Assembly (NCBI GenBank): GCA_030765185.1
Contig: JAVCDE010000031.1
Coordinates: 4,650-68,649, forward strand
Reading direction: 5' to 3'
DNA length: 64,000 nucleotides
Origin: Candidatus Aceula meridiana
GTDB taxonomy: Bacteria > Omnitrophota > Gorgyraeia > Zapsychrales > Aceulaceae
Part shown: piece by piece, positions 1 through 12,188 of the stretch
Layout of the letters: each line of letters opens with the position of its first letter
Numbering within the stretch: the first letter of the stretch is position 1
The notes under the pieces: model-generated
The model's database searches: none
What the model saw: only the letters and a program-made list of their open reading frames with translations
What the model was told of the DNA's origin: nothing
Made by a program: the position numbers and the translations under genes

Positions 1-1
1 T

Positions 2-220
2 TATAATGAAAAAGACCGTCAAAAAGGATATCTTCTTTCCAAAAACCGTCAAGGAGAAAAAGTCAAACTCGGTCTCTTAGCTATTTCTATAGGAATCGTC
101 TCAAGCCGCAATCAAGAGATTAAACACGTTGCCCAAGTGGCAGAAATTGGGGCCGACCTTAAAAAATACGCTAAAAGTATTGAAGGCAGTTCTTTTGTAA
201 GGGATCAACGGCAGGATTAA
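2..220 (+). CDS. 3' fragment of a GGDEF-type (diguanylate cyclase-like) protein, truncated by the window edge
   Basis: Hand translation YNEKDRQKGYLLSKNRQGEKVKLGLLAISIGIVS...AEIGADLKKYAKSIEGSSFVRDQRQD*, which resembles the C-terminal half of REC-GGDEF proteins; the GGDEF motif itself is outside the window. Confidence 0.65.
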   Translation, partial: YNEKDRQKGYLLSKNRQGEKVKLGLLAISIGIVSSRNQEIKHVAQVAEIGADLKKYAKSIEGSSFVRDQRQD

Positions 221-233
221 AAATTTCTGTCGC

Positions 234-461
234 TTAATCATCAATAGGTGCATCGCCGGTATCAAAATCCGGCGGCTCACCCATAAGATGATTTTGAACT
301 TCTGTAAAATAGGCATTCGTTGCTTGCCGTGCTCGTCCGCTTTCCTCATCAAAAAATGAACGAAAAACAAAGAAGGCAATCAAAGCACATATCGTTAAAA
401 GCAAAAGGTATTCAATCGCAGCTTGACCTTTAGAGAAAATCCTTTTAGATGTTTTTTTCAT
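234..461 (-). CDS. Small pilin-like protein with class III (prepilin) signal peptide, Flp/TadE-like
   Basis: Basic leader, then KG|QAAIEY (Glu at +5) and a hydrophobic helix; ATGA overlap with the rpe stop. Confidence 0.7.
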   Translation of the reverse strand: MKKTSKRIFSKGQAAIEYLLLLTICALIAFFVFRSFFDEESGRARQATNAYFTEVQNHLMGEPPDFDTGDAPIDD

Positions 462-1174
462 TCTATCCCTCCTAAACTTTTTAAATACTGGATTGTCTCT
501 TTAGGCTTATCAGACCCAAAAAAATAGCTTGCTGTTGCTAAAATATTCGCCCCGGCTTTAACGGCCTCAGGCGCCGTTAGCTGATTAATGCCCCCATCAA
601 CGGCAATATCTTTATCAAAGATATCTCGTAATTGCTGAATCTTAGGAAGAGCAACAGGCATAAATTTCTGCTTCGCAAATCCAGGATTTACAGACATGAT
701 CAAAACGCCGTCTAGATCATTTAAAAGCGGCTCGATGCACAAAGGGCTCCCTGGGTTTAAAACCATGACAACATTTTTTCCGTTGTCTTTAATCCGCTTG
801 ATATCTTTTACAGATTTTGTGACATCAATCACTTCGACTTTTCGCGTATAGCCATCAGCTTCCTTGCTTAGATATCCCTCTTTAGCGTAGCATTCAGCAT
901 GCAAAGAAATAATATCTGCTCCTGCTTTCAAAAAAGGGTCGATAAACATGCTCGGCCTCTCGATCATTAAGTGCACTTCGATCGGAAGTTTTGTAATTGG
1001 ACGAAGAGCTTCTACCATTAAAGGTCCAATAGTAATATTAGGAACAAAATGGCCATCCATGACATCGATATGGAACATATCAACGCCCGCTTCTTCGCAC
1101 TTGAGAATTTCTTTTTCTAAATTTGTGAAATCAGCGCAAAGAATGCTTACGCTCACCTTAACAGCTCTTGCCAT
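458..1174 (-). CDS. rpe: Ribulose-phosphate 3-epimerase
   Basis: HIDVMDGHFVPN, EVHLMI, MSVNPGF and VDGGI motifs. Confidence 0.97.
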   Translation of the reverse strand: MARAVKVSVSILCADFTNLEKEILKCEEAGVDMFHIDVMDGHFVPNITIGPLMVEALRPITKLPIEVHLMIERPSMFIDPFLKAGADIISLHAECYAKEGYLSKEADGYTRKVEVIDVTKSVKDIKRIKDNGKNVVMVLNPGSPLCIEPLLNDLDGVLIMSVNPGFAKQKFMPVALPKIQQLRDIFDKDIAVDGGINQLTAPEAVKAGANILATASYFFGSDKPKETIQYLKSLGGIE

Positions 1175-1262
1175 AACATCTCCTCTTTTTATTCTAAGTG
1201 AATAAACATTCCTAAAAATTTAGTATACTGCATTTTCCGAACTCTTCCAACGAAAAAAATCA

Positions 1263-1440
1263 TGGAGCCCCCGGCTAAAGCCGTGTCCCCTTCTAATAAC
1301 CCTCCTTCACTCGAAAACTTTCACTTGAAAGCTTCGCAGGGTTATCCATCCAAGAAAAGGCGAACATCCTCCGAAGCAAAAACAATTTCTTATATTTTAT
1401 TCGCATTCATCCACTCCGCCTTAGCTGGGGTGGCTGAATA
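1263..1440. mobile_element. Degenerate non-autonomous IS200/IS605-end-like or REP/MITE remnant
   Basis: CCCCGGCTAAAGCCGTG hairpin, internal inverted repeat ATAACCCT...AGGGTTAT, GCATTCATCCAC near the right end; no ORF. Family assignment is from remembered resemblance only. Confidence 0.45.
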
Positions 1441-1442
1441 GC

Positions 1443-1474
1443 AAAACCCTATGAGAATACCCTCACAGGGTTTT
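1443..1474 (-). terminator. Intrinsic terminator downstream of tRNA-Leu
   Basis: AAAACCCTGTGAG-loop-CTCATAGGGTTTT on the minus strand. Confidence 0.75.
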
Positions 1475-1480
1475 ATAAAC

Positions 1481-1566
1481 TGGTGCGCGGGAGAGGACTT
1501 GAACCTCCATGGCCTTGCAGCCACATGCCCCTCGAACATGCGTGTCTACCATTCCACCACCCGCGC
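1481..1566 (-). tRNA. tRNA-Leu(GAG)
   Basis: GCGCGGG acceptor stem, anticodon arm CATGT-TCGAGGG-GCATG, long variable arm, GGTTCAAGTCC T-arm, A73 plus encoded CCA. Confidence 0.93.
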
Positions 1567-1618
1567 AAAAGTTACATTATTATAACGACTCTTTTTAAAA
1601 TTGCAATTGGATTCCGGC

Positions 1619-3235
1619 TCAAGGCTGTGCGTATATTTCTCTTGGCTGAGGAATAAATTGCGCCATGTCGATGATGAGGGTTGGTTCTCTAAAATCTGCC
1701 TGTGTCTTTTTTTCTTTGCCAGAAATAATTCTTATCTTGTACACGTATTTCTTTTCTTTATCATGAAGATCTTCGAAAAGATAGGTAAGCTCTTTTTTTT
1801 GATGGTCTACGAGAATATGATAAATCCTTAGCTTTCCTTTTAGAAACTCTCTTAAAGCACAAGACACAATGCCCCAATCATTATGAGCAAAAAAAGTCGT
1901 AAGATTGCCGTATTCATCTGTGTCCGTCCGAAAATTCTTCGAATCGGGCCGAATAATATAAATTCCCTTATAACTGTTCATTGGCTTTTTTCGCATCGCG
2001 CTCAAGAAGAATTCTGTCTCTTGAACGCTTAAATTAACACGATAAGTTAAAACAGTCTGATAAGCTTGCACCATACCGTAAAGGCCTAAAATTAACAAAA
2101 GAACAAAAAAAGCATCTCTTTTCTTTAAAAAAGAAACCGCATCGGTTCCTCTCTTTAAAGACCATGCTAAAGCAAAAACAACTAAAGCCCCCAAAGCAAA
2201 GTAGCAACGGTAAAAAGACACATTGTTTTCGATGACCAGATTGGGCAAGGAACAAAGAAAAAATATTGCCCCTAAAGCGGCGGCCTTAAAAACAAAACGC
2301 CCTGCGGAAATCCTCTCCTTGTCTTGATGCTTCCTTACCACGGCAAAACATAAACCTAATGCGACAACGAAAATAACGATCCCGGCGTAAAGATTTGTTC
2401 CAAAAATATTCCAAAGATTTAGTGCATTAAAAACAGGTTCTTGAAAATACCATACTATTTTTCCAATAATATCCTTGGTCGTCCCAAAAGGATTGTACCC
2501 GTATAAGTTGTATTGCGTAAAAAATCCCTTTGAAATCTGCAGAATAATACGATAAACAATCAAAGCGACGAAACCAACAAAAAACATATTAATAATTTCC
2601 TGCTTCGCACCTTCGAAAGACTCTCGTTTTGAAAATAAAATAACAAATCCCACCAAAGCCCAATAAAACATAGCCGCGGATTGATAAATCGATAGCGAGC
2701 AGAGCATCAAAAAGACAGCAAGGAAAAAATACCTGTTGAGAATTCTTTGAGAAAGCTTTCCGACTACAGGAATTTTATAAGCTAAAATAGCTGCCCCTAT
2801 GGCCACTAATATACCAAATGGCTGAAACGCCATTCCAGCTTGACAAACAGGTATCTGAAAAGGTGGCAGAGTCAAAATAATTAACGCAAGAAGATTGGCC
2901 TCTAAAAACTTTAAAAAATGTTTTCGCATCCAAAGAGTCATCAGCAAGCCACACCCGCTCAGCTGCAAAATGCTAATAAAGCGAACCAATTTTAAATCAT
3001 CAATGCAATTGATTAGCCAGCTGATTGCCATAAAAAGGCCTGCACCGATAAACCGTCCAATCGCGATATTGAACAATGTTCCCGGGGGACCGATGCGAAC
3101 CTGCGTCTGCAAAAAATAAATAACATCGTCGTGGTAAAAATAGTAGGAGCTAATCGTCGGCCAATAAACGACGGAAAGAAGGACGAGGAATCCTAAAAAG
3201 ATAAGAAAGCCTTGAAGAACTTTTGTTTTAGCCAT
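1619..3235 (-). CDS. Polytopic membrane protein, GT-C / GtrII-like glycosyltransferase
   Basis: About 12 hydrophobic segments; HDD acidic motif after TM1, followed by GRF and a SIYQ motif, as in GtrII-like proteins. Confidence 0.6.
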   Translation of the reverse strand: MAKTKVLQGFLIFLGFLVLLSVVYWPTISSYYFYHDDVIYFLQTQVRIGPPGTLFNIAIGRFIGAGLFMAISWLINCIDDLKLVRFISILQLSGCGLLMTLWMRKHFLKFLEANLLALIILTLPPFQIPVCQAGMAFQPFGILVAIGAAILAYKIPVVGKLSQRILNRYFFLAVFLMLCSLSIYQSAAMFYWALVGFVILFSKRESFEGAKQEIINMFFVGFVALIVYRIILQISKGFFTQYNLYGYNPFGTTKDIIGKIVWYFQEPVFNALNLWNIFGTNLYAGIVIFVVALGLCFAVVRKHQDKERISAGRFVFKAAALGAIFFLCSLPNLVIENNVSFYRCYFALGALVVFALAWSLKRGTDAVSFLKKRDAFFVLLLILGLYGMVQAYQTVLTYRVNLSVQETEFFLSAMRKKPMNSYKGIYIIRPDSKNFRTDTDEYGNLTTFFAHNDWGIVSCALREFLKGKLRIYHILVDHQKKELTYLFEDLHDKEKKYVYKIRIISGKEKKTQADFREPTLIIDMAQFIPQPREIYAQP

Positions 3236-3246
3236 AAGGACTGTTT

Positions 3247-4860
3247 TTATTTATCAGCTACAGCAGCCAAAGACGCTGCAATAAATTGCTGAAATAGCGG
3301 ATGAGCGCGATCTGGCTTAGATTTAAATTCCGGATGAAATTGACAAGCAACAAACCAAGGATGATTTTTAAGTTCTAAAATCTCAACAAGATTCTTCTTG
3401 ATGTTGAGTCCGGAAAAAACAACGCCTTTTTTCTCAAATATCTTTCGATATTCATTATTAAACTCATAACGATGGCGATGTCGCTCAGAAATGTTTTCTT
3501 TTTTATAGGCCTGCAGACTTTTTGTTTTTTTCTGCAATTTACAAGGATAAGCACCAAGGCGCATCGTTGCGCCCATATTCTTTACTTTTTTCTGTTCCTC
3601 CAAAAGATTGATAACAGGATATTTTGTGGATTTCTCAAATTCAGTCGAATTTGCATTCTTTAACCCGCAAATATTACGCGCAAACTCAATGGTCGCAATC
3701 TGCATACCTAAGCAAATACCAAGAAATGGGATATTGTTTTCACGGGCAAACTGAACTGCTTTAATCTTTCCCTCTATTCCCCTTGTCCCAAAACCTCCAG
3801 GAATAAGAATTCCATTTGTATCTTTTAAATATTTCTTAGCACCAAACTTTTCAATATCCTCAGAATCAATTTTATTAATAATAACACGTGTATTATTGGC
3901 GATGCCGCCATGAACAAGCGCTTCGTAAATAGACTTATAAGCGTCTGGAAGTGTAATATATTTCCCAACGACAGAAATGCTTACTTCCTTGGCAGGATTC
4001 TTAAGGCGCTTAATAACAAAGTCTTCCCATCTCTTCAGATCACCATCTGGCCTCTTGATATTCAGTTTACGCAAAATCAAATTATCAAGATTTTGCTTCT
4101 TAAAAGCAACAGGTACTTCGTAAATGTATTTAACATCAATAGCCTCAAAAACAGCCTCTCTATCAACGCTACAAAAAAGAGCAATCTTTTCTTTCTGTTC
4201 TTTCGTCATATGCTTTTCTGTTCGGCACAAAAGAATATCCGGTGTGATTCCGATCTCACGCAAACGCCCAACACTATGTTGCGTAGGCTTTGTCTTATGC
4301 TCCCCGGCGGAACGAATATAAGGAAGCAGGGTAACATGGACATTCAAACAATAATTTGCCCCCATCTCCCATTTCATCTGACGAATAGCCTCTAAAAACG
4401 GCAAACTTTCAATATCGCCGACCGTTCCACCAATCTCGACGATCGTGACATCTACATCTTGATCTTTGGCAACCTTCTTAATACCGTCTTTAATCTCATT
4501 AGTAATGTGAGGAATAATTTGGACTGTTTTTCCTAAATAATCTCCACGCCTTTCTTTAGTAATAACCGAATAATAAACCTTTCCGGTTGTAATATTGCTA
4601 TCTTTTCCAACTTTTGTATTTGTAAAACGTTCATAGTGACCAAGATCAAGATCTGTTTCAGCCCCGTCGTCAGTAACATAGACCTCCCCATGCTGAAAAG
4701 GGCTCATGGTTCCAGGGTCAACGTTAAGATAAGGATCACATTTAATAGAAGCAGTCGAAAGGCCGCGCGCCTCAAGCATTTTTCCGATGGAGGCAGCAGC
4801 GATTCCCTTCCCTAGGCTCGAGACAACCCCTCCTGTCACAAAAATAAATTTACTCATCAA
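3247..4860 (-). CDS. pyrG: CTP synthase
   Basis: [49 protein letters not shown]. Confidence 0.99.
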   Translation of the reverse strand: MMSKFIFVTGGVVSSLGKGIAAASIGKMLEARGLSTASIKCDPYLNVDPGTMSPFQHGEVYVTDDGAETDLDLGHYERFTNTKVGKDSNITTGKVYYSVITKERRGDYLGKTVQIIPHITNEIKDGIKKVAKDQDVDVTIVEIGGTVGDIESLPFLEAIRQMKWEMGANYCLNVHVTLLPYIRSAGEHKTKPTQHSVGRLREIGITPDILLCRTEKHMTKEQKEKIALFCSVDREAVFEAIDVKYIYEVPVAFKKQNLDNLILRKLNIKRPDGDLKRWEDFVIKRLKNPAKEVSISVVGKYITLPDAYKSIYEALVHGGIANNTRVIINKIDSEDIEKFGAKKYLKDTNGILIPGGFGTRGIEGKIKAVQFARENNIPFLGICLGMQIATIEFARNICGLKNANSTEFEKSTKYPVINLLEEQKKVKNMGATMRLGAYPCKLQKKTKSLQAYKKENISERHRHRYEFNNEYRKIFEKKGVVFSGLNIKKNLVEILELKNHPWFVACQFHPEFKSKPDRAHPLFQQFIAASLAAVADK

Positions 4861-4943
4861 TAGCCTCCTGTTGTTTTCTTAAAACTTTTCATATTATAAT
4901 CAAAATTTTATCTATATTCATCAAAAAAACTTTTAAAAGGATC

Positions 4944-6314
4944 CTACTCCAAAAGAAACTTACTCTGATTCTTCGGGATTTCTTCTGGATATTTTCCATC
5001 AAAACACGCATGACAAAAATGTCTGGGCTCTTTCATCACATCCAACATCCCTTCAAGGCTTAAATATTTTAATGAGTCTACTCTAATAAATTTAGCAATT
5101 TCTTCAATGCTTTTATTCGATGCGATCAACTCTTTTTTGCTCGGAAAATCAATTCCATAAAAACAAGGAAATGTAATTGGTGGGCATGTAACGCGAAAAT
5201 GAATTTCTTTAGCGCCTGCCTTGCGAAGCTCTTCCACGCGGCTTCGGCTTGTTGTCCCGCGGACAATAGAATCTTCGACAACAATAATCTTTTTCCCTTT
5301 TAAAACATCACGAATAGGATTTAATTTAATGCGGACTCTCGACTCTCTTAAAAACTGGCTTGGCTGAATAAAAGTGCGTCCTACATAATGGTTTCGAATC
5401 ATGCCAATTTCTAAAGGAATCCCTGAAGCCTCAGCATAGCCTAAGGCCGCATAGTTGCCTGAATCAGGAATAGCCATTACAAAATCAGCCTCGGCAGGAT
5501 GTTCTTTAGCAAGCCGCTTGCCTAAGCGTTTTCTCGTCAGATAGACATTATCCTCAAAAATATGGCTGTCTGGACGGGCAAAATAAATATTTTCAAAAAC
5601 ACATTGCGACTTCTTATCTCTTCTTTCATCCGTAAAGAAAAACGATTCAACCTTGCCATCTTTAATAAAAACAATTTCTCCTGGCTCAACTTCTCGAACA
5701 AATTCTGCTCCTGCCAAATCAAACGCACATGTTTCGCTGGCTAAAAGATAAGCACCGTCTTTTTTCCCTAAACAAAGTGGACGAAAACCATAAGCATCCC
5801 GCGCGCCAACAAGTAAATCCTCAATTAGAAAAATCACAGAAAAAGCGCCTTTTAGCTGTTTAAGCGCTGAGGCCATCCATTGCTTCATGTCCCCATTCTT
5901 TGTCTTTGCCAGAAGATGAACAATAATTTCAGAATCCATCGTTGTTTGAAAAATGGATCCTTCTTCTTCCAATCTTTTATGGAGTTCCTCGGTGTTTGTA
6001 AGGTTTCCATTATGAGCAATGGCAATCGACCGCCCTTTATGAGTCGCTAAAAATGGTTGGGTATTCTTTAGATTGCTTGATCCCGTCGTTGAATAACGTG
6101 TATGCCCTACCGCAAAATTTCCCTTTAGATCTTCAACAACTTTCTGACTAAAGAAATCAGCAACAAGCCCAATAGATTTCTCTTTATGGATTCCCTTGCC
6201 GTCAAAAGAAACAATTCCACAAGATTCTTCCCCCCGATGCTGAAGAGCATAAAGACTTAAGAAAACAACCTGCGCTGCCTCACTATGATTAGAAACGCCT
6301 ACGATGCCGCACAT
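4944..6314 (-). CDS. purF: Amidophosphoribosyltransferase
   Basis: N-terminal [25 protein letters not shown] and Fe-S cysteines. Confidence 0.99.
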   Translation of the reverse strand: MCGIVGVSNHSEAAQVVFLSLYALQHRGEESCGIVSFDGKGIHKEKSIGLVADFFSQKVVEDLKGNFAVGHTRYSTTGSSNLKNTQPFLATHKGRSIAIAHNGNLTNTEELHKRLEEEGSIFQTTMDSEIIVHLLAKTKNGDMKQWMASALKQLKGAFSVIFLIEDLLVGARDAYGFRPLCLGKKDGAYLLASETCAFDLAGAEFVREVEPGEIVFIKDGKVESFFFTDERRDKKSQCVFENIYFARPDSHIFEDNVYLTRKRLGKRLAKEHPAEADFVMAIPDSGNYAALGYAEASGIPLEIGMIRNHYVGRTFIQPSQFLRESRVRIKLNPIRDVLKGKKIIVVEDSIVRGTTSRSRVEELRKAGAKEIHFRVTCPPITFPCFYGIDFPSKKELIASNKSIEEIAKFIRVDSLKYLSLEGMLDVMKEPRHFCHACFDGKYPEEIPKNQSKFLLE

Positions 6315-9300
6315 TGCTTTTCCCTTTCTTTGTAGTAATCTTGCAAAGACTTCGTCACAAACCCTTTTTCTTTGCTTGTTTCAATCCCGTTAATAGCCGC
6401 CCACGCCCCCTGAAGAGTTGTAATGCAAGGAATGTCGTATACGGTTGCCGCAGAACGAATAGATCTCATATCCGACTGGCTTCGTTCACCGGACGGCGTA
6501 TTAATAATCAGCCGTAACTCATTCTTTTTAATCATAGCTAGAAGATTGTTTTTGCCGTCACCGACTTTATCTACAATTGCTACTTTAACACCGTTAGCTT
6601 TTAGTGCCCGCGCCGTTCCTTTTGTTGAGAAAATCGTAAAGCCCATATCGGAAAGCTTTTTTGCTAAAAAAGCAATATTACGCTTATCCGTGTCATTAAC
6701 ACTTAAAAAAAGTTTTCCTTCTTGAGGTAATGATTGATTTGCGCACATCTGTGCTTTTGCAAAAGCCGCACCAAAGGTAACATCAATACCCATGACCTCT
6801 CCTGTGGATTTCATCTCTGGGCCCAACACAATATCCACGCCAGAAAAACGCGAAAAAGGCAAAACCGATTCTTTAACTGAAATATGCTCGAGAGTCTCAG
6901 GATCCACAAATTGAAAATCAGCAACTTTCTTTCCTGCCATAATCTTTGATGCAATTTTTGCTAGTGGTGTTCCAGTGGCTTTGCTCACAAAAGGAACCGT
7001 GCGCGAAGCACGGGGGTTAACTTCTAAAACATAAATCTGCTCACCTTTAACAGCAAACTGAATATTTAAAAGCCCGACAACCTTTAAGCCCTTAGCAATC
7101 TTACACGTATGCTTTTTAATCTGGCTAAGAAGATTTTGACTTAATGTGTGCGGTGGCAAAACACAGGCCGAATCTCCAGAGTGAATTCCTGCATTCTCAA
7201 TGTGTTCCATCATGCCGGCAACAAATGTATTTTCCCCATCAGAAATAGCGTCAACATCAACCTCAATGGCATCTTCAATAAATTTATCAATCAAAATCGG
7301 ATGACCCTGCGAAACATCTTTGGCCTCTTCAATAAATTCAAGTAACGCTTTTTTGTTATAAACAATTTTCATCGCGCGTCCGCCTAAAACATAAGAAGGC
7401 CTGGCTAAAACAGGATAGCCAATTCTTGTCGCGACTTGAACAGCCTCTTCAACAGAATTTGCTGATCCATTTTTAGGCTGAATAATGTCTAGCTGAGTAA
7501 TAAAATTTGAAAACTTTTCCCGATTTTCTGCCAGGTCGATAGATTCCACGCTCGTGCCAATAATAGGAACTCCGGCATCGTTTAAGCGACGTGCCAAATT
7601 TAGCGGCGTTTGACCACCAAACTGAACAATAACACCGTCAGGTTTTTCCGACTCTATAATATTCATAACATCTTCAAATGTCAGCGGTTCAAAATATAAT
7701 TTGTCTGAAGTGTCATAATCTGTTGAAACCGTTTCAGGATTTGAATTAATCATAATCGTCTCGCACCCTAATTCTTTAAGCGCAAACGAAGCGTGGCAAC
7801 AGCAATAATCGAACTCAATACCTTGGCCAATACGATTTGGGCCTCCGCCTAAAATCATAATTTTTCTTTTAGGAGCGTCATCATCTGTTTTCTTAACAGC
7901 GTTACCCTCATCTTCTTGTTCATAAGTTGAATAATAATACGGTGTATAGGCTTCAAATTCTGCGGCACACGTATCAACAAGCTTAAAGACGGCTTTAATT
8001 CCCGCCTCTTTGCGCAAATTGCGCACACTCAGCTCATCTGTTTTCATAATTTCAGAAAGTTGCGCATCAGAAAATCCAAATTGCTTAGCCTGCCTTAAAG
8101 CTTCCACTGAAAGTGTTTTACTTTGTTTAAATTCTTTAATTAAGGCATTCTCAAAATCTACAATCTCTTTAATATTGGCAACAAACCAAGGGTCAACTCT
8201 AGAAAGTTCATAAATCTCGTCAACGCTCATTCCTTTTTGAAGCGCGTATTTGATATAAAAAATACGCGAAGCGTTAGGAACCTGCAGCCTCATCTTGATT
8301 TTTTCATCCGAAATAGTGTTGTAATCTAATTTATTATCTAGTCCACTATGGCCAATTTCCAATCCACGTAAACCCTTTTGCAGCGATTCTTTGAATGTGC
8401 GCCCAATCGCCATAGTTTCTCCAACAGACTTCATGGAAACGCCTAAGGTGTCTCCGGCTTCTGGAAATTTCTCGAAAGTAAAACGTGGTATTTTGGTCAC
8501 ACAATAATCAATGGTAGGCTCAAATGAAGCTGGAGTTTCTTTGGTAATGTCATTTCGAATTTCATCTAAAGAATATCCGACAGCAAGCTTTGCGGCGAAT
8601 TTTGCAATAGGAAATCCTGTTGCTTTGCTCGCCAAAGCAGAACTGCGCGAAACACGCGGATTAACTTCAATGACAACAATGCGCCCGGTATTCGGATGCA
8701 CAGCAAACTGAACATTACAACCACCTGTCTCGACGCCAATTTCACGAATAAGCTTAAGCGTCTGATTCCGCATTTCTTGATATTCTTTATCGCTTAACGT
8801 CTGTGCCGGAGCTACAGTAATGCTATCTCCTGTATGCACTCCCATAGGATCAATATTTTCAATAGAGCAAATAATTACAACATTATCTTTGCAATCGCGC
8901 ATGACTTCTAGCTCATACTCTTTCCAACCAGCAATAGATTCCTCGATAAGGATTTCATTGATCATGCTGCTTTCAATGCCTAAAAATGCCAAACGCTCAA
9001 AATCTTCCTCGCTATAAACAATAGCCCCACCCGTACCACCTAAAGTATAGCTCGGACGGATAATCATCGGAAAATCTATTTTTTTAGCAACTTCCCTTGC
9101 CTCTTCCATGTTATGAGCAAAAGCGCTTTCAGGAACGTCTAGCCCAACCTTTAAAACAGCTTGCTTAAAACATTCACGGTCCTCAGCTTTTTTAATAACC
9201 TCATATCCAGCTCCAATAAGCTCAACATTGTATTTTTCTAAAATGCCTTGCTCGGAAACTTTCATCGCAAGATTTAGGCCTGTTTGTCCTCCTAAGGTTG

Positions 9301-9562
9301 GCAAAAGCGCATCCGGCCTTTCTTTTGCGATAACGCGCTCAACAAATTCTGGAGTCAGTGGCTCGATATACGTCGCATCCGCGATTTCTGGGTCAGTCAT
9401 AATCGTCGCGGGATTAGAATTAATCAAAACAACTTGATATCCTTCTTCCTTAAGCGCCTTGCACGCCTGCGTGCCAGAATAATCAAACTCGCATGCCTGG
9501 CCAATAATAATCGGACCCGAACCAATCAACAAAATTTTCTTAATATCGTTACGTCGTGGCAT
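6299..9562 (-). CDS. carB: Carbamoyl-phosphate synthase large subunit
   Basis: [22 protein letters not shown], duplicated ATP-grasp domains, MGS domain; start placed at MPRR. Confidence 0.99.
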   Translation of the reverse strand: MPRRNDIKKILLIGSGPIIIGQACEFDYSGTQACKALKEEGYQVVLINSNPATIMTDPEIADATYIEPLTPEFVERVIAKERPDALLPTLGGQTGLNLAMKVSEQGILEKYNVELIGAGYEVIKKAEDRECFKQAVLKVGLDVPESAFAHNMEEAREVAKKIDFPMIIRPSYTLGGTGGAIVYSEEDFERLAFLGIESSMINEILIEESIAGWKEYELEVMRDCKDNVVIICSIENIDPMGVHTGDSITVAPAQTLSDKEYQEMRNQTLKLIREIGVETGGCNVQFAVHPNTGRIVVIEVNPRVSRSSALASKATGFPIAKFAAKLAVGYSLDEIRNDITKETPASFEPTIDYCVTKIPRFTFEKFPEAGDTLGVSMKSVGETMAIGRTFKESLQKGLRGLEIGHSGLDNKLDYNTISDEKIKMRLQVPNASRIFYIKYALQKGMSVDEIYELSRVDPWFVANIKEIVDFENALIKEFKQSKTLSVEALRQAKQFGFSDAQLSEIMKTDELSVRNLRKEAGIKAVFKLVDTCAAEFEAYTPYYYSTYEQEDEGNAVKKTDDDAPKRKIMILGGGPNRIGQGIEFDYCCCHASFALKELGCETIMINSNPETVSTDYDTSDKLYFEPLTFEDVMNIIESEKPDGVIVQFGGQTPLNLARRLNDAGVPIIGTSVESIDLAENREKFSNFITQLDIIQPKNGSANSVEEAVQVATRIGYPVLARPSYVLGGRAMKIVYNKKALLEFIEEAKDVSQGHPILIDKFIEDAIEVDVDAISDGENTFVAGMMEHIENAGIHSGDSACVLPPHTLSQNLLSQIKKHTCKIAKGLKVVGLLNIQFAVKGEQIYVLEVNPRASRTVPFVSKATGTPLAKIASKIMAGKKVADFQFVDPETLEHISVKESVLPFSRFSGVDIVLGPEMKSTGEVMGIDVTFGAAFAKAQMCANQSLPQEGKLFLSVNDTDKRNIAFLAKKLSDMGFTIFSTKGTARALKANGVKVAIVDKVGDGKNNLLAMIKKNELRLIINTPSGERSQSDMRSIRSAATVYDIPCITTLQGAWAAINGIETSKEKGFVTKSLQDYYKEREKQCAAS

Positions 9563-10646
9563 TTGCACCTTTCATCATATTTATAAATGTGTGAAACAAA
9601 TACCGTGCATCATGCGGCCCAGGCGATGCCTCAGGATGATACTGAACACAAAACAAGGGATATTTCTTATGGATTAATCCCTCAACAGTCTGGTCGTTAA
9701 GGTTGACATGCGTAACTTCAACTTCCCCTTTTGGCAAACTATCTGTATCTACGCAAAATCCATGATTTTGTGAAGTAATCGCAATCTTATCTTCAGCAAG
9801 ATCTTTGACAGGATGATTTGCGCCTCTGTGGCCAAATTTTAATTTATAAGTTTTTCCACCTAAAGCTAAGCCTAAAATTTGATGGCCAAGACAAATACCA
9901 AAAATTGGTATTTGTCCTATAAAATTCTTTACAGTCTCAGCAACATAAGGCACAGCAGCCGGATCACCCGGGCCATTAGACACAAAAAGTCCATCAGGAT
10001 TAATCGCGCTAATTTCTTGAATCGTCGCTGTTGCAGGAAAAACATGAACCTCACAACCCATTTTAGTTAAAATACGTAAAATATTATATTTAATGCCGCA
10101 ATCAATCGCCGCAACCTTAAAAGCTGAACTTGTGCCTTCCTCCCAGATATATTTTTCTTTTGTAGTCACTTCCTTAACCCAGTCAGCACCTTCCATGCTG
10201 GGAACAGCTCTAAGCTTTTTGGCTAAGCTTTCAGGGTCAAAATCCTCTGTAGAAATCATGCCTTTCATTGCCCCTTGCAAACGTAGATGTCGCGTCAAGG
10301 CGCGCGTATCCACACTCTCAATAGCAACAATATTGTTTTCGTTTAGATAATCGGTAAGACTTTTAGTGGCGCGGAAATTAGATACTCGACGGGCAAATTC
10401 TTTAACAATAAACCCTTTTACATGAATTTTGTTTGACTCAACATCTTCCTTGTTGACGCCATAGTTGCCAATCAAAGGATAAGTCATCGTAACAATTTGA
10501 CCGGCATAAGATGGGTCGGTGAGAATTTCTTGATAGCCGGTCATGGAAGTATTAAAAACAACTTCACCAGCACTTTCCCCTGAGGAAAAAATGGATCGTC
10601 CTTCAAAAATCGTGCCATCTTGAAGATATACAACTGCTTTTTTCAT
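9549..10646 (-). CDS. carA: Carbamoyl-phosphate synthase small subunit
   Basis: [34 protein letters not shown]. Confidence 0.99.
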   Translation of the reverse strand: MKKAVVYLQDGTIFEGRSIFSSGESAGEVVFNTSMTGYQEILTDPSYAGQIVTMTYPLIGNYGVNKEDVESNKIHVKGFIVKEFARRVSNFRATKSLTDYLNENNIVAIESVDTRALTRHLRLQGAMKGMISTEDFDPESLAKKLRAVPSMEGADWVKEVTTKEKYIWEEGTSSAFKVAAIDCGIKYNILRILTKMGCEVHVFPATATIQEISAINPDGLFVSNGPGDPAAVPYVAETVKNFIGQIPIFGICLGHQILGLALGGKTYKLKFGHRGANHPVKDLAEDKIAITSQNHGFCVDTDSLPKGEVEVTHVNLNDQTVEGLIHKKYPLFCVQYHPEASPGPHDARYLFHTFINMMKGANATT

Positions 10647-10697
10647 GAAAATTCTTTAGAAAATATTTTAAAAAGTTTGGCTGTGAAAACCAGCAAC

Positions 10698-10725
10698 ACT
10701 ATACCATTAACCGCATAGACGTCAA
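10698..10725 (-). promoter_or_regulatory. Sigma70-type promoter for carAB-purF
   Basis: TTGACG-N16-TATAGT with an extended -10 (TGG). Confidence 0.6.
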
Positions 10726-10763
10726 GAAAATATTAATTAGTATCTATATAAATAAGCTAAATT

Positions 10764-12188
10764 TTATTTATTTAAGTATCCATGGACTTCTTGGGCTGCA
10801 TTGCGTCCCTCATGGATAGCCCAAACCACTAAAGATTGTCCTCTTCGCATATCTCCTGCCGCAAAAACACCCTTGATGCTCGTCATATAATCAGCTGTTT
10901 TAACGTTTCCGCGCTCATCTAAGCCTACCCCAAGGCCCTCTAAAAGGCCTTTCTTAACGGGACTGACAAATCCCATTGCCAGAAATATTCTATCTGCTTC
11001 TAAGGTAAATTCAGATTTAGGAACCTCTTTCATAGGACTACGCCCTGTTTTCGAATCTTTTTCACCAAATTCTAAACGAACACCATGAAGCTTTGTAAGC
11101 TTTCCGTTTTTACCGCTCAGATTCTTTGTCAAAATTCCATAATGCTGTTCAACGCCTTCTTCCTGCGAGGTAGATGTTCTCTTGATAAAAGCCCAATGAG
11201 GCCAAGGGTTGTCTTGGGCGCGCTCTTTTGGCAGCTCAGGAAGAAGTTCGAGCTGTTTAACAGAAGCCGCCCCTTGCCTATTAGCCGTACCAACACAATC
11301 AGCGCCTGTATCTCCTCCACCTAAAACAATAACCCGCTGACCCTTAACATCAATGCGCGCTTCGTCATTAATAGTCTCCCCTCGATTAACTCTGTTTTGC
11401 TGAGTTAAGAAGTCCATAGCAAAATGAACGCCGCTAAGTTCTCGGCCAGGAACATCTAAATCGCGTGGTTTTTCAGAGCCGCCTGCCAAAACAACAGCAT
11501 CAAATTTCTTTAACAACTCATCAGTTGCCATATCAATACCGACATTCGTTTTTATTTTAAACTGAACTCCCTCTTTTTCCATAATCTCAACGCGGCGAAT
11601 AATAACTCGTTTCTCAAGCTTAAAATCTGGAATTCCTAAAGCCAAAAGCCCTCCGATAACTTCGTTCTTTTCAAAAACAACTACCTGATGGCCTTTTTTG
11701 TTTAGCTGGTCAGCGCAAGCTAAACCAGACGGGCCAGAGCCAACAACAGCTACTTTTTTGCCTGTCCTTCGTTTCGGCGGGCGAGGAGTAATCCACCCTT
11801 TGCTATAAGCCTTTTCAATAATTGAAACTTCAATATTTTTAATCGTGACCGCTGGATCTGTGATACCTAAAGTGCAAGAATTTTCACATGGGGCCGGGCA
11901 CAGGCGTCCTGTAAATTCTGGAAAATTATTTGTCTTTTGCAATCGCTCAATAGCCTCTTGCCAACGATTTTGATAAACAAGGTCATTCCAATCTGGAATA
12001 ATGTTTCCGATAGGGCATCCCCACTGACAAAATGGGATACCACAATCCATGCAACGGGCCCCTTGTCTGCGCAAGAGCTCTTCACCGGGCACCTCATAAA
12101 ACTCCTTCCAGTGCTTGAGACGATCCTCAACGCTCTGCCTATGAAATTCTTCCCGATTATATTCTAGGAAACCTTTAATCTGACCCAT
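10764..12188 (-). CDS. gltD: Glutamate synthase small subunit
   Basis: [45 protein letters not shown]; start placed at MGQIKGF. Confidence 0.97.
   Translation of the reverse strand: MGQIKGFLEYNREEFHRQSVEDRLKHWKEFYEVPGEELLRRQGARCMDCGIPFCQWGCPIGNIIPDWNDLVYQNRWQEAIERLQKTNNFPEFTGRLCPAPCENSCTLGITDPAVTIKNIEVSIIEKAYSKGWITPRPPKRRTGKKVAVVGSGPSGLACADQLNKKGHQVVVFEKNEVIGGLLALGIPDFKLEKRVIIRRVEIMEKEGVQFKIKTNVGIDMATDELLKKFDAVVLAGGSEKPRDLDVPGRELSGVHFAMDFLTQQNRVNRGETINDEARIDVKGQRVIVLGGGDTGADCVGTANRQGAASVKQLELLPELPKERAQDNPWPHWAFIKRTSTSQEEGVEQHYGILTKNLSGKNGKLTKLHGVRLEFGEKDSKTGRSPMKEVPKSEFTLEADRIFLAMGFVSPVKKGLLEGLGVGLDERGNVKTADYMTSIKGVFAAGDMRRGQSLVVWAIHEGRNAAQEVHGYLNK

Noticed and set aside
1524-1540. Reading the tRNA as Ser(CGA)
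   Set aside because: Stem pairing centres GAG in the 7-nt loop, and the A73 discriminator fits Leu.
1481-3235. Prophage or genomic island at tRNA-Leu carrying a Gtr-like gene
   Set aside because: No integrase, no duplicated tRNA 3' end noticed and no phage genes; the GT-C gene lies upstream of the tRNA, directly after pyrG.
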